Part shown: in pieces, positions 1 through 7,916 of the stretch
Numbering within the stretch: position 1 is the stretch's first letter
Layout of the letters: the number at the start of each line of letters is the position of its first letter
Virus record (IMG/VR): IMGVR_UViG_3300032335_000862
Location: 1 to 28,458 of that record
DNA: 28,458 nt
Source of the DNA: a virus
Lineage: Duplodnaviria > Caudoviricetes
Direction: 5' to 3' (one strand)
Notes under the pieces: generated by a model
Databases searched by the model: none
What the model was told of the DNA's origin: nothing
The model's input: the letters and a program-made list of their open reading frames with translations, nothing else
Translations under genes and position numbers: made by a program

Positions 1-146
1 GCAGGGCAGGCGCTGCGGGGCGTGCTCGTCGTCGGCCTGCGGCGGCGCTGCGACCTGCGCTCGTGCTCGTGCTCGTCGCCGGTCGCTGCGGTGCGGGGCG
101 GCTCGCGCTGCGCGTGCCCGCGCGCGTGCGCGCGTGTGCGCGTCTG
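1..146. repeat. A-depleted GC-rich low-complexity tract with short repeats upstream of terS-like gene
   Basis: Only 3 A in bases 1-146 (none in 54-146). CGCTGCG at 11, 46, 84, 106. (GCTCGT)x3 at 59-76. Alternating pyrimidine/purine run at 119-143. Confidence 0.75.
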
Positions 147-211
147 AACCCGGACCTGGGTGGTCAACAAACCATTGATCTAACTCCCCCCCGAGACATC
201 GTTCCGACTTG

Positions 212-220
212 TGGTAAACT
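212..220 (+). promoter_or_regulatory. Putative extended -10 promoter (TG-n-TAAACT) for the head operon
   Basis: TGGTAAACT at 212-220, 6 nt before the ATG at 227. No Shine-Dalgarno upstream of that ATG and no convincing -35. Confidence 0.45.
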
Positions 221-226
221 CCCGCC

Positions 227-859
227 ATGCGAGGTTCAACGCAACTGAAGGTGCAGATCCGGAAGTGGGCCGAGGAGTGCGGCCTGTGGAAGCAGTTCGT
301 GGATGTCCGCGAGCGCTTGAAGAAGGATGGGATGCCGCCTGCTGATGCGTGGGTGGAAGCGGCGCGCGAACTTGACCCTGAAGTGTGGGGGCATGTGGGG
401 GAGCGGGCTGCGCCCGCACCCGACCTGCCACCTGTCAGGTCCGATCAGGTTGAGGGGGTGCAGGGGGAGGAGGTTGACGCTAGTGGAGTCCAGGATGCCG
501 TTCCAAGTTCTGCTGCGAAGGTTGTGGAGTCTGGCAGTTCCGCTACGAAGGCGGTGTTTGCTGGGAAGAAGGTTGCGACTGTCAAGGTGGTGGAGTGGGT
601 CGCGAGCAACATGCAGGTGGCGGATGTGTCGCCAGCGGACTCCCCGAGTAGCGAGGCGTGGGGAATGCTGGTGTGGGCGCGGCGTAGTCCCGTGAACGAA
701 AGTCAGTTCTGGGGGACGATCTACGCGAAACTTCTTCCGTCGCGTAGTGCCATCGAGGCGGAGCAGCGGTATTCTGATGACGGAGTCCGCATCGAGGAGA
801 CGGCAGCGCGCCTGCTCAGGATGCGAGACGAGAACGAATCGCAAAGAGAGGCTCTCTGA
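227..859 (+). CDS. Probable terminase small subunit (210 aa)
   Basis: First gene of the packaging operon, upstream of terL. Helical N-terminus, low-complexity linker, helical C-terminal region (..FWGTIYAKLLPSR..). Function assigned by position and size. Confidence 0.55.
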   Translation: MRGSTQLKVQIRKWAEECGLWKQFVDVRERLKKDGMPPADAWVEAARELDPEVWGHVGERAAPAPDLPPVRSDQVEGVQGEEVDASGVQDAVPSSAAKVVESGSSATKAVFAGKKVATVKVVEWVASNMQVADVSPADSPSSEAWGMLVWARRSPVNESQFWGTIYAKLLPSRSAIEAEQRYSDDGVRIEETAARLLRMRDENESQREAL

Positions 860-999
860 TGCCCAAGGTTGGCAAGAAGTCGTTCCCGTACACGCCCGCA
901 GGCAAGAAGGCCGCTCACGAGTACGCCGAGAAGACCGGCAAGTCCGTGAAGAAGACCAGCAAGCCTGACAAGAACCACCCGTGGCGACGCGGGTACTGA
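859..999 (+). CDS. Lys-rich phage microprotein (46 aa, MPKVGKKSFPYTPAGKKAAHEYAEKTGK...)
   Basis: Not in the ORF track. TGATG overlap with the upstream stop, codon usage typical of the phage. Resembles a small basic protein type I recall from aquatic phage genomes. Confidence 0.8.
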   Translation: MPKVGKKSFPYTPAGKKAAHEYAEKTGKSVKKTSKPDKNHPWRRGY

Positions 1000-1011
1000 T
1001 GGGAGTCCTGC

Positions 1012-1143
1012 ATGCCGTTCAAGAGCAAGGCGCAGCGCGGATGGATGTACGCCAATGAACCGCAAATGGCAAAGCGGTGGGAGAAAGAGACACCCAAGGG
1101 CAAGAAGTTGCCTACGCGGGTCGCGAAGCGGAAGGCAAAGTGA
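1012..1143 (+). CDS. Lys-rich phage microprotein (43 aa, MPFKSKAQRGWMYANEPQMAKRWEKETPKGKKLP...)
   Basis: Not in the ORF track. GGAG 6 nt before ATG, stop overlaps the terL GTG (GTGA). MPFKSKAQR start resembles a widespread small phage protein. Confidence 0.85.
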   Translation: MPFKSKAQRGWMYANEPQMAKRWEKETPKGKKLPTRVAKRKAK

Positions 1144-2870
1144 GCGGAAAGTGGCTCCACCTCGTTCCGAAGGGGTATGAGGCGAACCTGCGGTGGCGCA
1201 AGTCCGTCTACGGAGCTGCCCGACAGTCCGAGCACGACCGCGTCGCCCTGCGGAAGATGTGCTCCGAGGACCTTCTGTTCTATGTGAATGCGTTCTGCTG
1301 GACCTACGACCCTCGCCTTGAGAGTCCGATGGTCCCGTTCATCACATACCCGTTCCAGGACGAGACATTCCTCGACCTGAACGACGCCATCGGCAAGCGG
1401 GACATCTGCATCAAGAAGAGCCGAGACATGGGTGCGAGTTGGATGCTCTGCACCCTGTTTGAGTGGCGCTGGCATTTCAGGGAAGGGCAGTCATTCCTGC
1501 TGGTCAGCCGCAACGAGGAGTATGTCGACAAGCCAGGTAACTCGAAGTGCCTGTTCTGGAAGATTGACTACCTCCTCAAGAACCAGCCTGGGTGGCTCCT
1601 GCCACGCTACACGCGCACCCACTTGAGGCTTACCAATGAAGAGAACGGTTCAGCCATCGACGGCGAGAGCACGACTGGTGATGTGGCTCGCGGTGACCGT
1701 CGTACTGCAATCGGGATGGACGAGTTTGCGGCTTTCGATGTCGACGCAGGCTACAAGGCCCTTGCATCCACAAGAGACGCGACCAAGAGCCGCATCTTCA
1801 ACTCCACTCCTGATGGCGTTGGCAACGCCTTCTACGATGTTGCGCACAGCCAGCAGGTGAAGCAGGTCGTCCTGCACTGGACGAAGCACCCGGTCAAGGC
1901 CGATGGACTCTATGTCGGGGAGAACGGGAAGGCTAGAAGCCCCTGGTACGACGAGGAGTGCCGACGCTGCATCCATCCTCAGGAGATTGCCCAGGAACTC
2001 GACATCGACTTCCAGGGTTCGGACTACCAGTTTTTCGATCCGAAGGACATCACCCGTCTAGTCGTGCAGCATTGCCGCCCTCCGTCGTTCGTAGGGGACA
2101 TTGACTTCGACCGGGCGTCTCTGACGCCCCGAAGGTTCGAGGCCGCTCCACGGGGCAACCTGCGCCTCTGGTGCGGTGTCGATGCGTCTGGTCAGGCTGC
2201 TTCAGACCGTGGGTATGTCATGGGCGTGGACATCGCGGCAGGAACGGGAAGCAGCAACTCGGTCATCTCCATCGCCGACAGGAAGACCGGCGAGAAGATT
2301 GGCGAACTTGCTACGCCGAACATGCGCCCTGACGAACTCGGCAGGTATGCCGTCGCCATTGCTCGCTGGCTGCGCGACGAGAGTGGCAACGGGGCGTACA
2401 TGATTTGGGAGGCTCCTGGCCCTGGTAGGAATTTTGGTGATGTCGTCATTGAATCTGGATACCGCAATGTCTACTACCGCACCCGTGAAGAGTCCCTGAC
2501 AAAGAACCAGGTTCCGATTCCGGGATGGTGGCCGGTGAAGGATGCGAAGCGAGCCGTGTTCGGCGACTACCGACGCGCTCTCCTCGACGGCAGGTTCATC
2601 AATCGCTCGACGGATGCGATGAACGAGTTGAGGGAGATCATCTACACGGCGAACGGAAGCATCGAGCACTCGAAGTCGATCAGAACCATCGACCCAAGCG
2701 GCGCGCGCGATAATCACGGCGACAGACCTACCGCAGATGCGCTCTGCTGCTATGCTCTTGCGCGAAGGACTCCTGTCGCAGCCGAAGTTACGACAGGCAT
2801 ACCCGAGGGAAGCATTCTTGCGCGCCGCCAAGCGGCGGAGGAACGCCGGCGCAGAATGGAAGCCTGGTGA
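1140..2870 (+). CDS. terL: Terminase large subunit
   Basis: Walker A KKSRDMGAS, Walker B AIGMDEF, coupling motif NSTP, RNase H-like nuclease YVMGVDIAAG and C-terminal HGDRPTADAL. Start placed at GTG 1140 (GTGA overlap) rather than 1077. Confidence 0.95.
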   Translation: MSGKWLHLVPKGYEANLRWRKSVYGAARQSEHDRVALRKMCSEDLLFYVNAFCWTYDPRLESPMVPFITYPFQDETFLDLNDAIGKRDICIKKSRDMGASWMLCTLFEWRWHFREGQSFLLVSRNEEYVDKPGNSKCLFWKIDYLLKNQPGWLLPRYTRTHLRLTNEENGSAIDGESTTGDVARGDRRTAIGMDEFAAFDVDAGYKALASTRDATKSRIFNSTPDGVGNAFYDVAHSQQVKQVVLHWTKHPVKADGLYVGENGKARSPWYDEECRRCIHPQEIAQELDIDFQGSDYQFFDPKDITRLVVQHCRPPSFVGDIDFDRASLTPRRFEAAPRGNLRLWCGVDASGQAASDRGYVMGVDIAAGTGSSNSVISIADRKTGEKIGELATPNMRPDELGRYAVAIARWLRDESGNGAYMIWEAPGPGRNFGDVVIESGYRNVYYRTREESLTKNQVPIPGWWPVKDAKRAVFGDYRRALLDGRFINRSTDAMNELREIIYTANGSIEHSKSIRTIDPSGARDNHGDRPTADALCCYALARRTPVAAEVTTGIPEGSILARRQAAEERRRRMEAW

Positions 2871-4618
2871 TGAATCTCGACCGCGTAAGTCGCCTGGTCA
2901 CATCGTTTGATCACTCGCGCAGGAAGATGCAGACCTTTCGCGAGCGACGCTTGTCCATGCTCCGGCAGTTCGTTGGCGGCGCATGGTCCGATGGCGGAGC
3001 ACCTGACAGGGTTCCGGTCAACTTCCTCGAAATGGCGATGAACATCTACCGTCGCCAGGTTGCGGCTCGAGCTCCGAGGGTCATGGTTCGATCCAAGAAC
3101 GGGGAGAACATTCCGTTCGCCGACGATCTAGAGATCGCCATCAACCTTGCAATCGAGGACATGCGCTTCGATGACACGATGCGCAGGTGGGTTCTTGAGG
3201 CGATGTTCGGAATGGGCGTGCTCAAGGTCGGTCTTGCACCGAGCAACCAGAAGGAGATCATGGGATTCACCCATGATCCCGGACAGCCCTTTGCCGATGT
3301 CGTTGACTTCGAGGACTTTGTCTTCGACATCACGGCCAAGCGCTGGGACCAGATCCAGTTCTGCGGCAATCGCTACGCGCTTCCGCTTGAGGCCGTGCAG
3401 GACCTCAAGATGTTCCCCAAGAAGGACCTCTCGAAGTACGAGCGCAGGACCACCAACGAGCAGGGCGACGAGAAGGTGTCCAACATGGTCGATGACGGAG
3501 GTTCGTACGGCGAGGAGTCGTACATGGACCTCGTCGAGTTGTGGGACATCTGGCTTCCGTACGAGAACATCGTCGCGACTTTCCAGACCGATGCAAACGG
3601 AGGCATCGAGCAGCGAGAGCCTCTTCGCATCGTCGAGTGGGATGGCCCTGAATGCGGTCCGTTCCATCTGCTTTCGTTTGGAGATGTGCCAGGACAGATC
3701 ATGCCGCTCCCTCCTGCGGCCCTGATGATCGACCTGCACGAACTTGGCAACCGCGTGTTCCGCAAACTCGGTCGTCAGGCAGACCGACAGAAGACAATCA
3801 CGCTTGTTGCATCGGCCAATCAGGACGATGGCCGCCGCATCACGAATGCAAGCGACGGAGATGCAATTTCAGTTGATCGACCAGAAGCCACGAAGGATGT
3901 TCGCTACGGCGGCGTCGATCAGGCCGGTCTTGCGTTCTTCCAGCAGCTTCGTCAGTTGACCTCGTATTTCGGTGGCAACCTTGAGACTCTTGGAGGACTC
4001 AACAATTCAACGAACACGGCGTCACAGGAGCAGTTGGTCAAGAACCAGGCCACGATGCGCATTGCAGACATGCAGGAGCGCGCAACGGCAGCGGCGACCG
4101 ATGTGATCAAGAGCATCGCCTACTACATGTGGAACGACCCGGTGCGGTCGTACCGCATCCCAAAGAAGATCCCGAACTCCGATATGACGATCATGTCGGA
4201 GATGAAGCCAGAGCGTCGTAGTGGAGAGTTTCTCGACTACGCAATCGAGATCATCCCGTTCTCGATGCAGTCACGCACGCCATCCGAGCGTTTGCAGACT
4301 GCGATGCAGGTGATGCAGACCTACATCATGCCGATGTCGCAACTCTTGCAGCAGCGTGGGTTCGTGCCGAACATCGAGGCGTTCCTCAAGATGTCTGCCG
4401 AACTCAGCGGAACACCGGAAGTCATGGACCTCGTCCAGAAGGTCGAGGCGCAGGAACTGATGCAGGGTCCTCCCGCTCCGGGTGGCGGAGGAGCTGGAGG
4501 ATCTCCTGCAAACACAACCAGGAACTATGTTCGATCAGACAGAGGCCAAGACAGCATCGCGAAGGGCGACCAGATCGTGGCGCAGATGATGCAGCAGGCT
4601 TCACAGGGAGCAGCGTGA
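2870..4618 (+). CDS. Portal protein (582 aa)
   Basis: Directly follows terL (TGATG). Size and helical pattern of P22/T7-like portals, NTASQEQL motif, Gln/Met-rich C-terminal tail. Confidence 0.85.
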   Translation: MNLDRVSRLVTSFDHSRRKMQTFRERRLSMLRQFVGGAWSDGGAPDRVPVNFLEMAMNIYRRQVAARAPRVMVRSKNGENIPFADDLEIAINLAIEDMRFDDTMRRWVLEAMFGMGVLKVGLAPSNQKEIMGFTHDPGQPFADVVDFEDFVFDITAKRWDQIQFCGNRYALPLEAVQDLKMFPKKDLSKYERRTTNEQGDEKVSNMVDDGGSYGEESYMDLVELWDIWLPYENIVATFQTDANGGIEQREPLRIVEWDGPECGPFHLLSFGDVPGQIMPLPPAALMIDLHELGNRVFRKLGRQADRQKTITLVASANQDDGRRITNASDGDAISVDRPEATKDVRYGGVDQAGLAFFQQLRQLTSYFGGNLETLGGLNNSTNTASQEQLVKNQATMRIADMQERATAAATDVIKSIAYYMWNDPVRSYRIPKKIPNSDMTIMSEMKPERRSGEFLDYAIEIIPFSMQSRTPSERLQTAMQVMQTYIMPMSQLLQQRGFVPNIEAFLKMSAELSGTPEVMDLVQKVEAQELMQGPPAPGGGGAGGSPANTTRNYVRSDRGQDSIAKGDQIVAQMMQQASQGAA

Positions 4619-4986
4619 TGCCGTTCTACCACTACATCGACCGCAACACGGGTGAGAAGTTCGAGTTGATGATGACCATTTCGGAGATGATGCGCCGTCA
4701 AAAGAAGGACGGCACGCTTCTCCATGACGGGCGTACCCTGCACCGCGACATCACATCGGAGCATCGTGGGTTTTCAAACACCCCAGGTGCATGGCCGATG
4801 TTGAGCGATGCCGCAGGAGTACATCCATCGCAGGCCGGGGCTGCGTTCAAGGAAAGCGTTGGATTCGGAATCCCCACACGCTTCCACCCCGAGACAGGGC
4901 AAGCGATCTTTGAGTCGAGAAGCCACAGAAAGGCTTTCCTCAAGGCGAAGGGAATGTATGATCGCAGCGGGGGTTATGGAGATTGA
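4618..4986 (+). CDS. Small protein with FmdB-like N-terminus lacking the Cys ligands (122 aa)
   Basis: TGATG-coupled to portal. MPFYHYIDRNTGEKFE matches the MPxYxYxCxxCGxxFE pattern except at the cysteines. Confidence 0.7.
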   Translation: MPFYHYIDRNTGEKFELMMTISEMMRRQKKDGTLLHDGRTLHRDITSEHRGFSNTPGAWPMLSDAAGVHPSQAGAAFKESVGFGIPTRFHPETGQAIFESRSHRKAFLKAKGMYDRSGGYGD

Positions 4987-4988
4987 CC

Positions 4989-5834
4989 ATGACCGACGAC
5001 AAGAACACTCCTACTGACGACCCATTTGACATCCGCGACACCTCGATGGAAATCGACGATGCCGTGACCGCAGGTTCTAGCGTTGAGCCGCTTGAAACCG
5101 CTCCGGATCCGGATGCTTCCAACTGGCAGACGGAACTCGTCCGTCAGGCCAAGAACAAGGGTCTTCCCGCTGACATCATCAACAAGCTGGAAAGCGCAGA
5201 TGCCGTGACCGATCTGATTTCGATCATCGCATCTGGCGTCCAGAAAACCACTCAGCCGGCAACTCCAGAGGTTGAATACAAGCCGAAGAAGATTGCCGAT
5301 GAGTTTGTTCTCGACATCGACGAGGCGACTGCATTCGATCCTGATGCAGCTCGCGCGTTGAAGGCGATGAACGAGTTCTACGCCAACCGCATCCGCGACC
5401 TGGAAACCAGGATCGCCGAGCGGAAGGACGCCGAGTCGCTCGGTGGAACGAGTTCCTGGGTCAAGACGCTTGGCGCTGAATGGCGCACGGTGTTCGGGAC
5501 CGAAGAGAAGCCGAACAACGAGAACATCAAGAGGCTTGAGGACGCCGTGCAGACCATTCGTGCGGGTTACACGGCGCGCCACAAGCGCATTCCTGCGGAT
5601 CAGGAACTCTTGAAGATGGCGCTGAACGCATCGTTTGGCGACCGTCAAAACGAAATCGCACGCAACCAGTTCACCGACAAGGTTGCCAAGCGCGCCAATC
5701 AGATCGTCTCCCGTCCCGGAACGCGCACCGCTTCCTCAGGCAATCCGCGAATGCGGGCTGCACAGGGCGTGGCTGACTGGTTCCGGTCCAAGGGCATCGA
5801 TCCGTACGGCGCAGCGAACGAAACCTTCGAGTAA
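4989..5834 (+). CDS. Probable capsid scaffolding protein (281 aa)
   Basis: Acidic disordered N-terminus, coiled-coil middle, basic C-terminal helix. Immediately upstream of the capsid gene, GGAG SD. Confidence 0.7.
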   Translation: MTDDKNTPTDDPFDIRDTSMEIDDAVTAGSSVEPLETAPDPDASNWQTELVRQAKNKGLPADIINKLESADAVTDLISIIASGVQKTTQPATPEVEYKPKKIADEFVLDIDEATAFDPDAARALKAMNEFYANRIRDLETRIAERKDAESLGGTSSWVKTLGAEWRTVFGTEEKPNNENIKRLEDAVQTIRAGYTARHKRIPADQELLKMALNASFGDRQNEIARNQFTDKVAKRANQIVSRPGTRTASSGNPRMRAAQGVADWFRSKGIDPYGAANETFE

Positions 5835-5851
5835 CAGAAACGGAGTAAGTC

Positions 5852-6919
5852 ATGCCTATTCTCCAGGCAGATGACATCGCAGACCTGATCACCACGACCC
5901 AGCGCAACCTGGGCGAGATGAAGTGGACGGACCTGTCCTACAGCCTTCAGGAGCACATCGCCCTTCCGCAGCTCCTGAACAAGAACAAGGTGTCCTTCAA
6001 CAGCGGCACGGGCATCCAGTGGAACCTGATGATCGGAACCACTGGCGCAACCAAGGAAACCGGCCTCTACGCGACCGACAGCGTGAATGTGTCCGATGTG
6101 ATGATCACGGCCAACATCCCGTGGCGCCACATCAACACCTCGTACGCCATCGAGCGCCGCGAGATCGCGATCAACCGCAGTCCTGCGCAGATCGTCGATC
6201 TTGTCCGCATCCGTCGTCACGACGCGATGGTGGACATGGCCGGCTTCATGGAGACGCGCTTCTGGCGCCGTCCCTCCGGTACGAGCGACACCCTCTCGAT
6301 CTACGGCGTTCCGTACTGGATCACCTGGACCGACAACAGCTCGACCAACGCGAACGGTGGATTCGATGGTGGCAATCCGACTGGCTTCAGCGCCGGCGCT
6401 GCCAATGTCGATTCGACTTCCTACTCGAACTGGAAGAACTGGTGCGCCAAGTACACCGCGGTCACCAAGGACGACCTGATCGCCAAGTGGCGTCGCGCTT
6501 CGACCTTCACCAACTTCAAGGCGCCCGTCGCGCAGCCGGACTACCAGAACGGCAACACCTACGGGTACTACACCAACTACAATGTCATCGGTCAGCTTGA
6601 GCGCGTGCTCGAAACCCAGAACGACAACCTGGGCAACGACATCGCTTCCAAGGATGGCCGCGTGACCTTCCGTCAGGTCCCCGTGACCTGGTGTCCTCAC
6701 CTTGAGGGTCGTGCCGGTGATCCCATCTACGGCATCAACTGGGGCGCGTTCCGTCCGGTCTTCCTCTCGGGCGAGTACATGCGCGAGGAAGGTCCGACCA
6801 AGGCCAGCAACCAGCACACCGTCTTCGTCACCCACATCGACACCACGATGAACCTCCAGTGCGTGAACCGCCGCGTTCACTTCGTGCTGGCCACCGCATC
6901 GCCTGATGTCTCGGCGTAA
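5852..6919 (+). CDS. Major capsid protein (355 aa, presumed HK97 fold)
   Basis: Position after scaffold, size, GGAG-N6-ATG, very strong C/G third-position bias of a highly expressed gene, TAA stop. N-terminal DLITTTQRNL pattern resembles podovirus-type capsid proteins. Confidence 0.88.
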   Translation: MPILQADDIADLITTTQRNLGEMKWTDLSYSLQEHIALPQLLNKNKVSFNSGTGIQWNLMIGTTGATKETGLYATDSVNVSDVMITANIPWRHINTSYAIERREIAINRSPAQIVDLVRIRRHDAMVDMAGFMETRFWRRPSGTSDTLSIYGVPYWITWTDNSSTNANGGFDGGNPTGFSAGAANVDSTSYSNWKNWCAKYTAVTKDDLIAKWRRASTFTNFKAPVAQPDYQNGNTYGYYTNYNVIGQLERVLETQNDNLGNDIASKDGRVTFRQVPVTWCPHLEGRAGDPIYGINWGAFRPVFLSGEYMREEGPTKASNQHTVFVTHIDTTMNLQCVNRRVHFVLATASPDVSA

Positions 6920-6939
6920 GCCAGAAAGGGGCAACTCAC

Positions 6940-7707
6940 ATGGCACAGATTCTCGCTAAGTACAACCAGGGTTCGATTGGGACCGCGGAGTTCGCTGACG
7001 CGCTTCTCGACCCGCAGAACTCCTTCTCCTACTTCCAGGACTTCATCGTCTATGACGGTGCGTCCGACTATCTCGTCGGAACCAACAGCATTCACACCAC
7101 GACCACCGGCACATGGACGCAGAACTCTGCGCATGGCGGAACGCTCACGGTTTCGACTGCTGCAACCTCGGTTGCGAACGACGCGTGCGTCGTTTCTTCC
7201 CCGCTCGATCTCTTCGAGCTGACCGGAGGTCGTCGTGCGTATGTCGAAGTCCGCTTCAAGAGCGCGAGCGCATTTGTCGCGACCGGCAACTGGGTCCTCG
7301 GACTCACGGCGGCGGCTCCGGCTACCACGGTGTTCTCTGGAGGTGCTGTTTCCGTTCCCGTGAACAGCATCATGGTCGGTCGCGATCAGGGAACTGATTC
7401 GCTCCCCGGAGTGTCGGCAACCGCGGGTCGCAACATCCAGTTGTTCACCCGAGATGGAACTAACACGATGGTTGAAACGGCCTGTCCGCTGACGGAGACG
7501 ATCAGCAACACCGCGTTCATGCGCGTTGGTTTCCTCTGCAACGGAAACACCGTTCAGGCGTTCTTCAACGGCAAGAAGGTTGGAAGTCCCGTCACTCTTG
7601 CGGCTGCTACCAGCGCTGCGATGGGCTTCTACTTCGCCGTTCAGACGACCAACACGGCTGCTGTGGCTGCGGAGATCGACTACATCGCCTGTGCGTTCAC
7701 TCGTTGA
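6940..7707 (+). CDS. Probable capsid decoration / minor virion protein (255 aa, beta-sandwich-like)
   Basis: Follows the capsid gene. Ala/Thr/Gly/Val-rich beta-strand pattern ending ..VQAFFNGKKV..AEIDYIACAFTR, reminiscent of a lectin/ConA-like sandwich. Confidence 0.6.
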   Translation: MAQILAKYNQGSIGTAEFADALLDPQNSFSYFQDFIVYDGASDYLVGTNSIHTTTTGTWTQNSAHGGTLTVSTAATSVANDACVVSSPLDLFELTGGRRAYVEVRFKSASAFVATGNWVLGLTAAAPATTVFSGGAVSVPVNSIMVGRDQGTDSLPGVSATAGRNIQLFTRDGTNTMVETACPLTETISNTAFMRVGFLCNGNTVQAFFNGKKVGSPVTLAAATSAAMGFYFAVQTTNTAAVAAEIDYIACAFTR

Positions 7708-7729
7708 CGACAGCATCTGGTAACCAAAC

Positions 7730-7759
7730 GAAAGGGCCTGCCATATGGCAGGCCCTTTC
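7730..7759. terminator. Perfect 30-bp palindrome, probable bidirectional intrinsic terminator
   Basis: GAAAGGGCCTGCCAT|ATGGCAGGCCCTTTC between convergent genes. Followed by TATTT on +, and by GTTT on the - strand. Confidence 0.8.
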
Positions 7760-7763
7760 TATT

Positions 7764-7916
7764 TCACTCTCGGTTGGACATGATCGCGGCTGCGTGTACT
7801 GCCCAGGAAACGGCCTCGGTGATCGTCTTGAGGCCCTCCTGATGCATGATGCCGATCAGGATGTCGTAATCAGACTGCCTGATCCTGATGCTTTGCGTAG
7901 GCTCCTTGCGTCTCAC
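7764..7916 (-). CDS. Ribbon-helix-helix-like DNA-binding protein (50 aa)
   Basis: Not in the ORF track. GTG start overlaps the stop of the 4200-aa gene (GTGA), GAGGA 6 nt upstream, and the ORF fills the gap to the terminator. MRRKEPTQSIRIRQSDYDILIGIMHQEGLKTITEAVSWAVHAAAIMSNRE has the strand (TQSIRI)-helix-G-x-x-T-helix pattern of Arc/CopG/MetJ proteins. Confidence 0.72.
   Translation of the reverse strand: MRRKEPTQSIRIRQSDYDILIGIMHQEGLKTITEAVSWAVHAAAIMSNRE

Noticed and set aside
1077-1139. ORF-track 5' extension of terL
   Set aside because: Overlaps the 43-aa microprotein gene. GTG 1140 with GTGA coupling is the more plausible start.
5699-7716. 415-aa and 279-aa - strand ORFs opposite the capsid and decoration genes
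   Set aside because: Mirror-frame shadows of strongly biased, highly expressed genes.
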